Shown: positions 19,641 to 29,695 of the stretch, piece after piece | Layout of the letters: each line of letters starts with the position of its first letter | How positions within the stretch are numbered: position 1 is the first letter of the stretch | Assembly (NCBI GenBank): GCA_964404855.1 | Contig: CAYOLO010000002.1 | Location: forward strand, 131,494-195,493 | Length of the DNA: 64,000 nt | Origin: an uncultured Gammaproteobacteria bacterium | GTDB taxonomy: Bacteria; Patescibacteriota; Microgenomatia; CAYQLK01 | Direction of reading: 5' to 3' | The notes under the pieces: model-generated | Database searches by the model: none | What the model was told of the DNA's origin: nothing | The model's input: only the letters and a program-made list of their open reading frames with translations | Translations under genes and position numbers: made by a program

Positions 19641-19680
19641 CTATTTTCTGGATATTGTACAACTCGCTACGAAAAAATTA

Positions 19681-19953
19681 CTATTCTTTGTTAGTAGTAG
19701 ACGATTCGGTGGATTGTGGATTTTGATCTTTGTAAGAAGTAGGTACTTCTTTAAAAACTTGCCCACTTTTAGTGGTACAAGCAGCATTGAGATAGTCGGA
19801 TTTAACAATACTAGACTGAAGCTTGGCACATTGTTCAAAACTACTCACTTCTATATCGGAGTCAGACATGTTTTTGATGTCGTTATGAATATAAAAAGCT
19901 GTAAGGCCTAAGATTAAAAATATAATACCGACTAGAATAAGATATTTCTTCAA
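19681..19953 (-). CDS. small membrane-anchored hypothetical protein
   Basis: N-terminal TM (YLILVGIIFLILGLTAFYI), 90 aa. Confidence 0.4.
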   Translation of the reverse strand: MKKYLILVGIIFLILGLTAFYIHNDIKNMSDSDIEVSSFEQCAKLQSSIVKSDYLNAACTTKSGQVFKEVPTSYKDQNPQSTESSTTNKE

Positions 19954-19955
19954 AC

Positions 19956-20570
19956 CTATTTCTGCTGAATCCTTGTAGCAACTCCTGCAACAATCCCACC
20001 AATTAACTGTGCTGAAAGAAACAATCCCAGAATGTTTAATGCTGATTGAATATTTGCTGTGTCAACTGCAACTGCACTCAATGTAATTGCTGGATTCAAA
20101 GCTGCACCTGAAATTCCTCCAACTGAGAATACTCCCGCCATAATTGCGAGTCCGATGGCAATACCAAAATATTGATTATTTTTTACGGCTTTGGCGGAAA
20201 CAGCAAGAACTACGAATGCCAAAAGGAAAGTAAACACCAACTCTGAAGCGAATACTTGAGCAGTAGATGCTTGCGGATTAGGCGTTAGGGTAAACGGCGA
20301 GCCAATAATTAGCGCAAAGGATACTGACGCAAGTACTGCGCCAACTATTTGCGATAAACAATAAAAAACTAATTCTTTGGAGCTAATTCTTTTGCTGATG
20401 AATTGAGCGATACTAACTGCTGGATTATAGTGTGCACCGGAAATATGACCACCTGAATAAACAAGTGCAACCAATACTGCGCCAATTGCGAAAGGACTAC
20501 CAGTGAGAGCTGCCACCAAAGTTAAAAAGAATGTACCAAGAATTTCTGTAAAAATTTTATTTTTTGTCAT
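19956..20570 (-). CDS. aqpZ: aquaporin (MIP family)
   Basis: Two NPA boxes (SGAHYNPAVS and GAALNPA) and six TM helices. Confidence 0.9.
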   Translation of the reverse strand: MTKNKIFTEILGTFFLTLVAALTGSPFAIGAVLVALVYSGGHISGAHYNPAVSIAQFISKRISSKELVFYCLSQIVGAVLASVSFALIIGSPFTLTPNPQASTAQVFASELVFTFLLAFVVLAVSAKAVKNNQYFGIAIGLAIMAGVFSVGGISGAALNPAITLSAVAVDTANIQSALNILGLFLSAQLIGGIVAGVATRIQQK

Positions 20571-20615
20571 AAGTAAAGAATACCAAATTGCTTGACGGGA
20601 CGCGATTATTAGTTT

Positions 20616-21827
20616 TTAGCGTTTGACGAATAATACCGCATTTGGCACATCTCTACCGGGTCCAGCTTTATAGCCACCTACCCAAAAGGCGGTCGAACCT
20701 CCACTGTCTAGGTTAAGTGAATTTTGAATCCCTAAAGTATGTAAAACTTTGGCAGCTTCTGCAACAGAAGCTGAATAAACTACACCCATAAAAACTTTAC
20801 TACCACTCGAACCAATAAAGCTTCGATTGGCTTTGCTTGTCTTTTTTGCATCTGAATCGCCACCAAAAAGCAACTGACCACCAAGAGTAAGAAGTGGCTG
20901 GTTAGCAATTACTCCATCTACACCAGTGTCTCTGCCCCATTCTAGTGATTGACTAACGAATCTTGCTTGTGAGGAAAAAATTGCCGCTGGCACTGTGCTG
21001 TAGACATTATTGTCTGAGTTAAAATAGGTTTTATTTTTATTCATTAGTAATGTGTCGAATGAATTTTTCTTATCAGTACAACTCGGGTAGCTGGCTGGAC
21101 AAAAGTAAGATCCATTAATTGCTGCGTATGCTCCACTACGCGAAGCGTAATTTCCGACCGACATTACAGGACAATCGTTACGACAATCTCCATTTGATGC
21201 TGTATCAACAATAACTCTGGTCGAACCTAGATCTCCATTGACAATATCGACAGCAAAACTTCCAATATCTGTTACGACTTGTTGTCTTCTGTAACCTGAA
21301 TCGGGTACTGAATTAGATGAGGTAAGATTTGCTGTCGAGACAGATGCGACTGTAGACACAGCTAGTTTGTCATTTTCTGTTTTGATTAAAGCTCTTGTTT
21401 GGGTAATTTTGGTTTCTGCATCTGAATATTTTCTTTCTGATAACGATTTGAGAAGGGACGAAAAATTTTCATCGATTTTTTGGGTATTAACTTTAGCAAT
21501 TTTTAGATCAACGATGTCTTCATAAACCGTAACTGCCTCATTAAAAGTTTTTTGAATTTTTTTTATTTCTGCATTTAGATCATTATTTACTTTGATTTGA
21601 TCAGAATTCTCCAATTCAGTCAAAACTTTACGAGTATCATCCAGCTCTTTTTGGAGAGCTGTTATTTGAATTGACGATTTATCAAGAAGATTGGTGGTTT
21701 GGCTGTTTTTAATAAAAAGACGATAAACAGACGAAACAGTCACTAAAATTAAAATCAATGAAACAAAACTAAAAATAATTAGACGAAAGGGAGGCGTGCG
21801 AAACCTTTTTGTAGTTTTTGATTTCAT
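20616..21827 (-). CDS. phosphodiester glycosidase (NAGPA/DUF2233) family protein, membrane-anchored
   Basis: N-terminal TM, coiled-coil, and C-terminal NLDSGGSTAFWVGG motif typical of the NAGPA domain. Confidence 0.55.
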   Translation of the reverse strand: MKSKTTKRFRTPPFRLIIFSFVSLILILVTVSSVYRLFIKNSQTTNLLDKSSIQITALQKELDDTRKVLTELENSDQIKVNNDLNAEIKKIQKTFNEAVTVYEDIVDLKIAKVNTQKIDENFSSLLKSLSERKYSDAETKITQTRALIKTENDKLAVSTVASVSTANLTSSNSVPDSGYRRQQVVTDIGSFAVDIVNGDLGSTRVIVDTASNGDCRNDCPVMSVGNYASRSGAYAAINGSYFCPASYPSCTDKKNSFDTLLMNKNKTYFNSDNNVYSTVPAAIFSSQARFVSQSLEWGRDTGVDGVIANQPLLTLGGQLLFGGDSDAKKTSKANRSFIGSSGSKVFMGVVYSASVAEAAKVLHTLGIQNSLNLDSGGSTAFWVGGYKAGPGRDVPNAVLFVKR

Positions 21828-21850
21828 GAGGCTGATTTTTAGTCTTTTAA

Positions 21851-22414
21851 CTACTCAACAATTTTGGCAATTTCTGGATATTTGGTTTTGAAATTTTGAC
21901 TCAAATTACAACCGTTCATACATTCTGGAAACCACCAGCTTATTTGCCCATTCTTCTTTTCAATTACAAACCCTGAATATCCACCTGACTCGTAAATTGC
22001 ATTAAACAAATAAGGAAATTCTGCTTTACTCACATTAGTGTTAGGTGAAATTGTAATTGAAACAACTGGTTGATCAATCTCATTTGTATGGTATTCAACA
22101 TATGGATCGATAATTCTTGCTTGAATTCCTGACTTGTCTCCGGCTGGTATTGATCCTTCGGCTTCAAAAACAACAACAGGCCCTTTTGTTTTAGATGGTG
22201 TTGGAGTGGGGGTTATGCTTTGGGATAGTTGAGGGTTTGGGGTCGCTTTAGCAGTTGTAGTAGCGGCAGGAGTGGCGGTGGTTTTAATCTGAGAATTAGA
22301 TACTTTGTTGGATAATTTTTGGTTTTGGTAGAAAAGATAACCAACAGCTGAAAATAAAACCGTACCCACAATGATAAAAGTCACAACTAGAATAATATTG
22401 CCTCTGGATTTCAT
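21851..22414 (-). CDS. membrane-anchored hypothetical protein with Thr/Pro-rich linker
   Basis: N-terminal TM, low-complexity TTATPAATTTAKATPNP linker, and a Cys-containing C-terminal domain. Confidence 0.5.
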   Translation of the reverse strand: MKSRGNIILVVTFIIVGTVLFSAVGYLFYQNQKLSNKVSNSQIKTTATPAATTTAKATPNPQLSQSITPTPTPSKTKGPVVVFEAEGSIPAGDKSGIQARIIDPYVEYHTNEIDQPVVSITISPNTNVSKAEFPYLFNAIYESGGYSGFVIEKKNGQISWWFPECMNGCNLSQNFKTKYPEIAKIVE

Positions 22415-22535
22415 TAGCTTAATGATGACAAAGAAAAGCTAGTTTTGCAATTCATTTTACTAGTCGGAGTCTTTTTGTTGAGTCACATGGCAAGCCGACA
22501 CCTTGTCTTTTTGTGAAGGTGAAATATAATGGCAA

Positions 22536-23195
22536 TTGTATTTTATGCAACTACTGCCAAGTTTTGATGAAGAAAAAAAGTCACTGATTTTTACGATTGT
22601 AATTTGTGCGTTTTTGAGTATATCGTTTGTTTTATTTATTGTGGCCTACAGGAATTTAAAGGCTGAGAATTCGTTTCTAAAATCACAAGTTGAATCAGGC
22701 GAAAAAGCCGAAATAGTAAAAGAAGCACAATCAGAAGAGGTAGCAAGTAGTGCAACTAGTCAGTTTGAATCAGAAACAAATAAAATTGAGACCAATCTAA
22801 CAAACTCTGTTTCACCAACACCTACACCTATTGTGACGGTAACCACACAGCCCACCCCAACAGCGATTGCAACTCCAACACCAATACCTTTTATAACTAC
22901 AGCTACTTTAAATATTGAACCAGCTAACGGCGATGTATGCGGAACTAATTTTAAATTTCGAGGTTATATTACCTCAAGTGGTCAGGGCATTGTTGCCTAT
23001 AGATGGAAAAGGACCGACGCGGAAAATGTAACGATGGAACCATATCCTACGGTAACGTTTGAATCTGCTGGAACAAAAGAGGTTAATTATTATTTAACTC
23101 TGACAAAAAATACTGATGCTGAAGCCTGGTTTGAAATCACCAGTCCAGAGTCAGTATCTTCTAATAGAGCAAGATTCATCCAACAAAACTGTTAA
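22536..23195 (+). CDS. membrane-anchored hypothetical protein with Thr/Pro-rich linker
   Basis: N-terminal TM and PTPTPIVTVTTQPTPTAIATPTPIP linker, with the same architecture as its neighbours. Confidence 0.5.
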   Translation: MYFMQLLPSFDEEKKSLIFTIVICAFLSISFVLFIVAYRNLKAENSFLKSQVESGEKAEIVKEAQSEEVASSATSQFESETNKIETNLTNSVSPTPTPIVTVTTQPTPTAIATPTPIPFITTATLNIEPANGDVCGTNFKFRGYITSSGQGIVAYRWKRTDAENVTMEPYPTVTFESAGTKEVNYYLTLTKNTDAEAWFEITSPESVSSNRARFIQQNC

Positions 23196-23201
23196 AAATG
23201 A

Positions 23202-24197
23202 TTATTTTTTGTAGATACTCTCAGCTTTTTCTTTAAGCGGTTTCCACCACCATTCGTTCTCTTTGTACCAATTAACTGTTTCGATTAGTCGATTATCAAA
23301 ACTTTCGGCAGGTTCCCAACCAAGCTCGTTTTTAATTTTTGTCCAGTTAAGAGCATAACGCCTATCATGTCCTGGCCTGTCGGTAACAAATTCAATTTTG
23401 TCTTCACCTAACCCGAGAATATTTAAAACTTTTTTGGAAACCTCAAGATTATTAACATCCTCAGTTGTTCCACCAATACAGTAAGTCTCCCCTGATTTGC
23501 CTTTTTCTAGAATCATATCGATAGCGCGACAATGATCTTCAACATCAACCCAGTCTCGAACGTTTAGCCCGTCACCATAAACTTTTATATTTTCTCCAGA
23601 AAGTAGGTTGGTGATCATCCTTGGTAAAAACTTTTCAGGATGTTGAAATGGTCCAAAATTATTACCACAGTTCGTGATTGTCACAGGTAAATTAAATGTT
23701 TCAAAATATGCTCTAACTAGATGATCTGATCCAGCCTTACTTGCCGAATACGGACTTCTAGGGTTGTAATTAGTATTTTCATGAAATTTTTTACCATCGT
23801 TTAATTCCAAAGACCCAAATACTTCGTCTGTTGAGATGTGATGAAATTTTTTGACACCGTTAATTTTTGCTTGGTTTAATAAAACTGAAGTACCTATCAC
23901 ATTGGTTTTAACAAAAACTTGAGGATCAAGAATTGCTCTATCGTTGTGACTTTCTGCTGCAAAATGAACGACTGTTTCGCATCCATTCATAGCTTTTTCG
24001 ACATCAGATGCTTTGGTAATATCGCCCTGAATAAAAGTGTAATTTGGATTATCAAAAACCGATTTTAGACTGTCGAGGTTGCCCGCATAAGTCAAAATAT
24101 CTAAATTAATAATTGAATCGTTGGGGTGGTTTTTAAGCCAGTAGTTAATAAAGTTGCTACCAATAAAACCAGCACCGCCAGTAACTAAAATTTTCAT
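23202..24197 (-). CDS. rfbB: dTDP-glucose 4,6-dehydratase
   Basis: MKILVTGGAGFIGSNF Rossmann motif and YSASKAGSDHLVRAY catalytic YxxxK. Confidence 0.9.
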   Translation of the reverse strand: MKILVTGGAGFIGSNFINYWLKNHPNDSIINLDILTYAGNLDSLKSVFDNPNYTFIQGDITKASDVEKAMNGCETVVHFAAESHNDRAILDPQVFVKTNVIGTSVLLNQAKINGVKKFHHISTDEVFGSLELNDGKKFHENTNYNPRSPYSASKAGSDHLVRAYFETFNLPVTITNCGNNFGPFQHPEKFLPRMITNLLSGENIKVYGDGLNVRDWVDVEDHCRAIDMILEKGKSGETYCIGGTTEDVNNLEVSKKVLNILGLGEDKIEFVTDRPGHDRRYALNWTKIKNELGWEPAESFDNRLIETVNWYKENEWWWKPLKEKAESIYKK

Positions 24198-24310
24198 GTT
24201 TAATTATTTACCCTTAGTTAAACTTATAATATCGTTGGTCGTTAATTTTGCTACGATTATTTTGTAATTAAAACTAGCACCATTGGATTCTGAGTTATTT
24301 TATCAGAATT

Positions 24311-24742
24311 TTATTCTATAATTTCTCCCTCAATAACTTTGTCCTTTTCCTTATTTTTTTCACCCAGTTTGTCTTTGGAGCGAGAAAATACACGATACAA
24401 AAGTATACTCGAAACTATTTGTAAGACAAAAAATGCAAAAAATGAGATAAGGGCATTAATTGACCCAAATATAACGAGAATTATGGCACTAATTACAAAT
24501 CCCCAAAATCCGTCGTGAGTATTGGTATTACTTAAGTTGGCAGTCAAACTAACTGAGTTGGTGACTGCAACATAGCTAAAAAGAAAACTAATTAATGAAT
24601 AGAAAAATAAAAAAGGCTTAATTTTTAGTTTGCGGTTCGTGGATATGGCCCTGAAACCAACCGTAATTGCTCCAATTAAAAAATAGAGAATGAAAAATAA
24701 TATTATCAACAGACCGGTAAAGAAAACCGTTCCTGGCTGCAT
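24311..24742 (-). CDS. small polytopic membrane protein, hypothetical
   Basis: Four predicted TM segments and a Lys/Glu-rich C-terminus. Confidence 0.45.
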   Translation of the reverse strand: MQPGTVFFTGLLIILFFILYFLIGAITVGFRAISTNRKLKIKPFLFFYSLISFLFSYVAVTNSVSLTANLSNTNTHDGFWGFVISAIILVIFGSINALISFFAFFVLQIVSSILLYRVFSRSKDKLGEKNKEKDKVIEGEIIE

Positions 24743-24754
24743 AAATAAAATATT

Positions 24755-25162
24755 TTAACGCTTTGGCGACTGTTTGCTCTTTCGGGCTTTTTGAGCATTA
24801 CCAATTTTGCGACGTTCTTTGGCTCGCGGATCACGGGTAATAAGTCCAGCTTTTTTCAGACTAGGTTTGAGCTTTTCATCAAACTTAACAAGTGATCTAG
24901 ATAAACCATGAACAACTGCATCTAATTGAGAAGATAGGCCTGAACCTTCGACTTTTACGCTACCTGAAAATTTACCTAAAAGACCTGAAATTACTAATGG
25001 TTTTTCAAAAATAGCCTTATCCTGAAGACGGCTAAAATATTCGAATACTGGCCGCTCGTTAATGGTGAAATCTCCAGTACCGGTAAAGATTCTTACGCGA
25101 GCTGTGGAAGTTTTGCGCCTGCCGACTGCTTGATAATGAGTGGTTTTTTTATCTTCTGCCAT
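24755..25162 (-). CDS. rpsI: 30S ribosomal protein S9
   Basis: GRRKTSTARVRI...C-terminal KARKSKQSPKR. Confidence 0.9.
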   Translation of the reverse strand: MAEDKKTTHYQAVGRRKTSTARVRIFTGTGDFTINERPVFEYFSRLQDKAIFEKPLVISGLLGKFSGSVKVEGSGLSSQLDAVVHGLSRSLVKFDEKLKPSLKKAGLITRDPRAKERRKIGNAQKARKSKQSPKR

Positions 25163-25164
25163 AA

Positions 25165-25578
25165 TTATTTTGTTTCAAATTTTGCTTTAAATCCATGTTC
25201 AGCGTTTGCAAAAACATGAAGTTTTTTTAGTTGAGCAGCTCCCATTTTGGTTTTTGGAAGCATACCTTTGACGGCTTTAGTTATAACATCCTCAGGTTTT
25301 TTGGCAATCATGGTCTTAAAATTAGCCTGCTTAAGTCCGCCTGGAAATCCTGTGTGTCTGTAATATATTTTGTTGTTTTCTTTCCTGCCGGAAACCATAA
25401 TTTTGGAGGCATTAATAACAACAACATGATCTCCACAATCAAGATTGCTGACGAACTCAGGTTTATTTTTGCCCATTAAGGTCTGAGCAATTTGAGTTGC
25501 AAGTCTGCCAAGTATTTGATCATTGGCGTCAACTAGTGTCCAATTGTTGGTAATTTGACTTTTTTTAATGCTTTTCAT
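25165..25578 (-). CDS. rplM: 50S ribosomal protein L13
   Basis: NWTLVDANDQILGRLATQIAQTLMGK. Confidence 0.9.
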   Translation of the reverse strand: MKSIKKSQITNNWTLVDANDQILGRLATQIAQTLMGKNKPEFVSNLDCGDHVVVINASKIMVSGRKENNKIYYRHTGFPGGLKQANFKTMIAKKPEDVITKAVKGMLPKTKMGAAQLKKLHVFANAEHGFKAKFETK

Positions 25579-25580
25579 AA

Positions 25581-26072
25581 TTACTGTTTAATAACCACTT
25601 TCTCTTTTTTGGTTTTTTCTGAACCTGTGATTACTTCTTCTGTTGTTTCACCGGTTTTTGTATCGGTGATTTTAACGGTAGTTTTTGATTCTGGCTTGGC
25701 TACCTTTTTGATCTCTTTTTGGACTACCCATTCAATATAAACCATAGGTGCAGCATCACCTCTGCGTGGCCCTTTGAGGACTACGCGAGTTGTGCCACCG
25801 TTTCTGTCCTTAAAACGAGGAGCTAGATCGTTGACCAGCTTTTTAACGCTTTTTTTGCTACCAAGACGAGCGTAAAGGAGGCGCTTGTCAGAAAGATTGG
25901 CGTCTTTGGCGCGAGTAACTAGGCGTTCGACAAAAGGCTTGAGAACCTGGGCTTTGGCGCGTGTTGTAAGAATCCTCTCTTGAAGGATAAGGTGATTGGC
26001 CAAGCTTTTTATTAGCATGGCTCTTTCAGCTTCGGTTCGACTTAGTTTTTTGCCAAAGACCTGATGTCTCAT
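25581..26072 (-). CDS. rplQ: 50S ribosomal protein L17 (with C-terminal extension)
   Basis: MRHQVFGKKLSRTEAERAMLIKSLANHLI. Confidence 0.9.
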   Translation of the reverse strand: MRHQVFGKKLSRTEAERAMLIKSLANHLILQERILTTRAKAQVLKPFVERLVTRAKDANLSDKRLLYARLGSKKSVKKLVNDLAPRFKDRNGGTTRVVLKGPRRGDAAPMVYIEWVVQKEIKKVAKPESKTTVKITDTKTGETTEEVITGSEKTKKEKVVIKQ

Positions 26073-26076
26073 TGTT

Positions 26077-27039
26077 TTACTTAGTTTCTTCTATTTCTTC
26101 TGTCTCACCAGAGATAATATTCTCTGCTGTGAGTTTTTTGTTCACAGTCTCGATTGACTTGGCACCAAAATTCTTGATTTCAAGAAGTTTTTCTTTTGGT
26201 GTTTCAAGATACTCTCCGACAGTGTTGATTCCTGCAGATTTAAGACTATTTGTAAGTCTTACAGGTAGATCAAGCTCTTCAAGAGCTAAATCCTGGTGGC
26301 TCATTGTGTCTTCTTTTGGATTAACCAAAGAAGCAACAATTTTGGCTGGTTTAGCCTTTTCCAACTCAGGGTTGGTCAACATTGTGAACTGGGATACTAA
26401 AATCTCAGCTGCAGCTTTGAAAGCTACGGATGGTTTGACTGTACCGTCAGTACGAAGTTCAAAAACCAATCGGTCAAAGTTAGTAACACGGCCAACACGA
26501 GTCTCTTCGACTTTGTAGTTAGCGAACTGAATTGGAGAATAATTAGCGTCAATTGGGATTACGCCAATTTCTGTTGATTTTCTCTCGGTTGCGAAGGAAT
26601 ATCCTTCACCGAGTTCAGCTGTTACAGAAAGAACTAACTTGGCCTTATCGTTGCTAAGGTTAGCAATAACTTGGTCAGGGTTAGTTATTTTGACTCCGGC
26701 TGGAAGCTCAAAATCTCCTGCAGTTACGACTTTTGGACCTTTGGCGTTGAGCTTTAATGTGACAGCACTATCTGACTCCATTAAAAGCCTGACCTTTTTT
26801 AGGTTCAAAATTACTTCAACAATATCCTCTTTTAAGCCGTCCAGTGTTGAAAACTGGTGACGAACTCCGTCAATTTTGACGGATGTGATAGCTGCTCCCG
26901 TTAATGACGAGAGAAGCACTCGACGAATACTCGAACCGAGAGTTGAACCATAACCCTGGTTGAGAGGTTCGACGACGATGATACCTTCTGAGTCGCTTTC
27001 CGACTTGATGGTTACCTCTGTTTCTTTAATATCAAGCAT
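26077..27039 (-). CDS. rpoA: DNA-directed RNA polymerase subunit alpha
   Basis: NTD (EPLNQGYGSTLG...) and CTD (LEELDLPVRLTNSLKSAGINTVGE). Confidence 0.9.
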   Translation of the reverse strand: MLDIKETEVTIKSESDSEGIIVVEPLNQGYGSTLGSSIRRVLLSSLTGAAITSVKIDGVRHQFSTLDGLKEDIVEVILNLKKVRLLMESDSAVTLKLNAKGPKVVTAGDFELPAGVKITNPDQVIANLSNDKAKLVLSVTAELGEGYSFATERKSTEIGVIPIDANYSPIQFANYKVEETRVGRVTNFDRLVFELRTDGTVKPSVAFKAAAEILVSQFTMLTNPELEKAKPAKIVASLVNPKEDTMSHQDLALEELDLPVRLTNSLKSAGINTVGEYLETPKEKLLEIKNFGAKSIETVNKKLTAENIISGETEEIEETK

Positions 27040-27075
27040 TTGTTTTAGCCTCCTTTTTGCTTATAAATAATGCTT

Positions 27076-27684
27076 CTACCTTGAATAGAACTCAACGATT
27101 AATTGTTCGTTGATTTCTTCTTTTATTTCTTCCCTCTCAGGAAGACGCTTAACTTTTGCCACGACTGACTTTTTTTCAAGCCATACTGGAACTTGATGAT
27201 TTTTGAGATCTTCAAGAGTCTGTTTGAGTTGTGGCGTAGCAAGAAACTTAGGAGAGAGTGTAACGACCTGCTCAGCCTTAAGTTGATATGAAGGGATGTT
27301 AACTTTTTTCCCGTCGACTAATACGTGTCCATGTGAAACGATTTGGCGAGCAAATGGGCGAGTATTAGCTAGACCCATACGATAAATAACATTATCTAAC
27401 CGTGTCTCCATTAGTGATAATAAATATGCACCCGTAGGCTTGTTAGAACGGTCAGCAATTGTAAAAATTCTGCGGAATTGTTTTTCTAAAACCCCGTAGG
27501 TTCTTTTTGCTTTTTGTTTTTCTCTTAACTGAAGTGAATATTCTGATGGTTTGCGGCGCATATTTGCACCGTGTTGTCCAGGAACAGTCGCGTTACGCCT
27601 GATGACAGGACATTTTGCAAGACCGCAAATAGCGGAACCTTCACGTCGACACAGCCTGTGTTTTGGACCTGTATATCTAGCCAT
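27076..27684 (-). CDS. rpsD: 30S ribosomal protein S4
   Basis: MARYTGPKHRLCRREG. Confidence 0.9.
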   Translation of the reverse strand: MARYTGPKHRLCRREGSAICGLAKCPVIRRNATVPGQHGANMRRKPSEYSLQLREKQKAKRTYGVLEKQFRRIFTIADRSNKPTGAYLLSLMETRLDNVIYRMGLANTRPFARQIVSHGHVLVDGKKVNIPSYQLKAEQVVTLSPKFLATPQLKQTLEDLKNHQVPVWLEKKSVVAKVKRLPEREEIKEEINEQLIVEFYSR

Positions 27685-27687
27685 AGT

Positions 27688-28083
27688 TTATCCTTTTCTC
27701 CTTTTTTTGCCTCTAACTCCATTGTGTGGAATGGGGGTGTTATCAGAAATAGATGTAATTTCAAGATTTGTACTTTTTAGACCACGAATTGCAGCGTCTC
27801 GTCCTGGTCCTGGACCTTTAACAAAAACATCAACGCTTTTGAGTCCATAAGTCTCTGTAACAATTTTGGCTGCTTTTTCAGCGGCAGTCGTGGCTGCGTA
27901 AGGCGTAGATTTGCGAGCACCTTTAAAGCCTGCATTACCAGCACTGGACCAATTGAGTACATTACCACCTTCGTCAGTAAAACTTACGATTGTATTATTA
28001 AAAGTTGCTTGAATGTATACGCGACCAGCGGTAACTGAGCGTGTAACTTTTTTCTTTGCGGTTTTTTTACTTTTTGCTGCCAT
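27688..28083 (-). CDS. rpsK: 30S ribosomal protein S11
   Basis: [30 protein letters not shown]. Confidence 0.9.
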   Translation of the reverse strand: MAAKSKKTAKKKVTRSVTAGRVYIQATFNNTIVSFTDEGGNVLNWSSAGNAGFKGARKSTPYAATTAAEKAAKIVTETYGLKSVDVFVKGPGPGRDAAIRGLKSTNLEITSISDNTPIPHNGVRGKKRRKG

Positions 28084-28086
28084 ATT

Positions 28087-28458
28087 TTATTTATCTTCTT
28101 TTCGAACAGATCCGACGGTCATTCTGCGTCCTCGTTTGGTACGAGAATTGCTTCTGGTTCTTTGACCTCTGGCTGGTAGATTCCTGCGGTGACGTTCACC
28201 ACGGTAACTACCGATTTCTTGTAATCTTTTAATATTAGTCTGTACTTCTCTGCGAAGATCACCTTCGATTCGATACTCATCAAGAAGACGAGTAAGTGTG
28301 CTTATTTCATCATTTGTTAAATCTTTTGTACGCTTATCAAGGTCAATTTTAGCCTTAGTGAGGATTTCTTTCGATTTAGCTAGACCAACACCATAAATAT
28401 ATGGCAAGCTGTAGGATATTTTTTTCTGGTCTGGGATATCGGCACCTTTTATACGCAT
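28087..28458 (-). CDS. rpsM: 30S ribosomal protein S13
   Basis: MRIKGADIPDQKKI...GERHRRNLPARGQRTRSNSRT. Confidence 0.9.
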   Translation of the reverse strand: MRIKGADIPDQKKISYSLPYIYGVGLAKSKEILTKAKIDLDKRTKDLTNDEISTLTRLLDEYRIEGDLRREVQTNIKRLQEIGSYRGERHRRNLPARGQRTRSNSRTKRGRRMTVGSVRKEDK

Positions 28459-28461
28459 AAA

Positions 28462-28575
28462 TTATCCTTGTCTTTGTTTATGTCTTGGGTTTTTACAGAT
28501 AACAAAAATTACACTGCGGCGTTTAACCGTTTTGCAATCTCTACATCTTTTTTTTACCGAAGCTTGTACTTTCAT
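28462..28575 (-). CDS. rpmJ: 50S ribosomal protein L36
   Basis: Minus-strand translation [37 protein letters not shown] (37 aa). Missed by the ORF track because of its size. Confidence 0.85.
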   Translation of the reverse strand: MKVQASVKKRCRDCKTVKRRSVIFVICKNPRHKQRQG

Positions 28576-28584
28576 TTTTTGTTT

Positions 28585-28827
28585 TTATCTTGAACGATAG
28601 GTTACCCGACCGCGTTCGAGGTCGTAAGGAGTTAACTCAATTTTGACCTTGTCGCCTGGAAGGATGCGAATATAATGCAAACGCATCTTACCTGACAAGT
28701 GGCAAAGTACCAATTGGTCTTTTTCTAATCCCGGAATTTGGCCTTTTTTAACCAAAACCCGAAACATTGTGTTCGGCAATGCTTCTTGAACATCACCTTC
28801 GACCTCTATAACTCCTTCTTTTGCCAT
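28585..28827 (-). CDS. infA: translation initiation factor IF-1
   Basis: [13 protein letters not shown]...S1-like fold sequence. Confidence 0.9.
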   Translation of the reverse strand: MAKEGVIEVEGDVQEALPNTMFRVLVKKGQIPGLEKDQLVLCHLSGKMRLHYIRILPGDKVKIELTPYDLERGRVTYRSR

Positions 28828-28933
28828 AATATTTTTGAGCAGAAACTATATTTATTAGGATTTTTAGTTAAATTCACTAAAAAATAATCCCAATTTAGCT
28901 TCAAATGGGCCCGTGAGGGCTAATTATAACGAC

Positions 28934-29695
28934 TTAGTTTACACCAGTCAAGACTATAGGTCCCGACTTTCCTACAAGCACTGTATCTTCAAAAAGTCCT
29001 GAGTCGGAACCGTCCTTAGTTGCCAGTGTCCAACCATCATTTTTGACATATTTAATAAGCGAGGTGCCTTTTGCATAAATTGTTTCTATAGCAATAGTCA
29101 TACCCTCAACCAACACTGGGCCACGACCTTCAGAGCCATAGCCTGGAATCGCGGGATCCTCGTGAAGTTCATGACCAATACCGTGACCAGTGAGCTCGCG
29201 AGAAACATGATATGGATTGTCTTTTTCAAGGATTTGCTGGATAACAGCAGAAATATCCCCAACTCGAATACCGTCTTTAACAATTTTTATAGCTTCTATT
29301 AGCGCCTTATGTCCTGCTTTTAAGAAGTCGTCCAATTCGCCTCCAACTATACGGCTGGTGGCACAGTCAGTGTGTAAACCGTTTAGCATTGTGCCTAGGT
29401 CAATGCTTAAAATGTCGCCTTTTTTTAGTTTTGTTTGATCTGGAATTCCATGAACAATCTCGTCATTAACTGTGATACAAGTCGCATATTTATAATCGTC
29501 AACAGTGGTAAAACTTAGCTCTCCACCTTCAGCCAGAATTGTTTTGGTTGCGATTGAGTTTAGTTCGCGCTTAGTAATCCCTTCTTCAATTGCATCAACT
29601 GCGCGCTGCATGGCAAGTCTTGAGATTCGGCCAGCCTCTTTCATGATGGCGATTTCGTTAGCTGATTTAATTTTTGTCATATATTTCCTTTTCAA
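28934..29695 (-). CDS. map: type I methionine aminopeptidase
   Basis: Metal ligands in the DxxxD...H...E...E arrangement (GHGIGHELHEDP). Confidence 0.9.
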   Translation of the reverse strand: MKRKYMTKIKSANEIAIMKEAGRISRLAMQRAVDAIEEGITKRELNSIATKTILAEGGELSFTTVDDYKYATCITVNDEIVHGIPDQTKLKKGDILSIDLGTMLNGLHTDCATSRIVGGELDDFLKAGHKALIEAIKIVKDGIRVGDISAVIQQILEKDNPYHVSRELTGHGIGHELHEDPAIPGYGSEGRGPVLVEGMTIAIETIYAKGTSLIKYVKNDGWTLATKDGSDSGLFEDTVLVGKSGPIVLTGVN

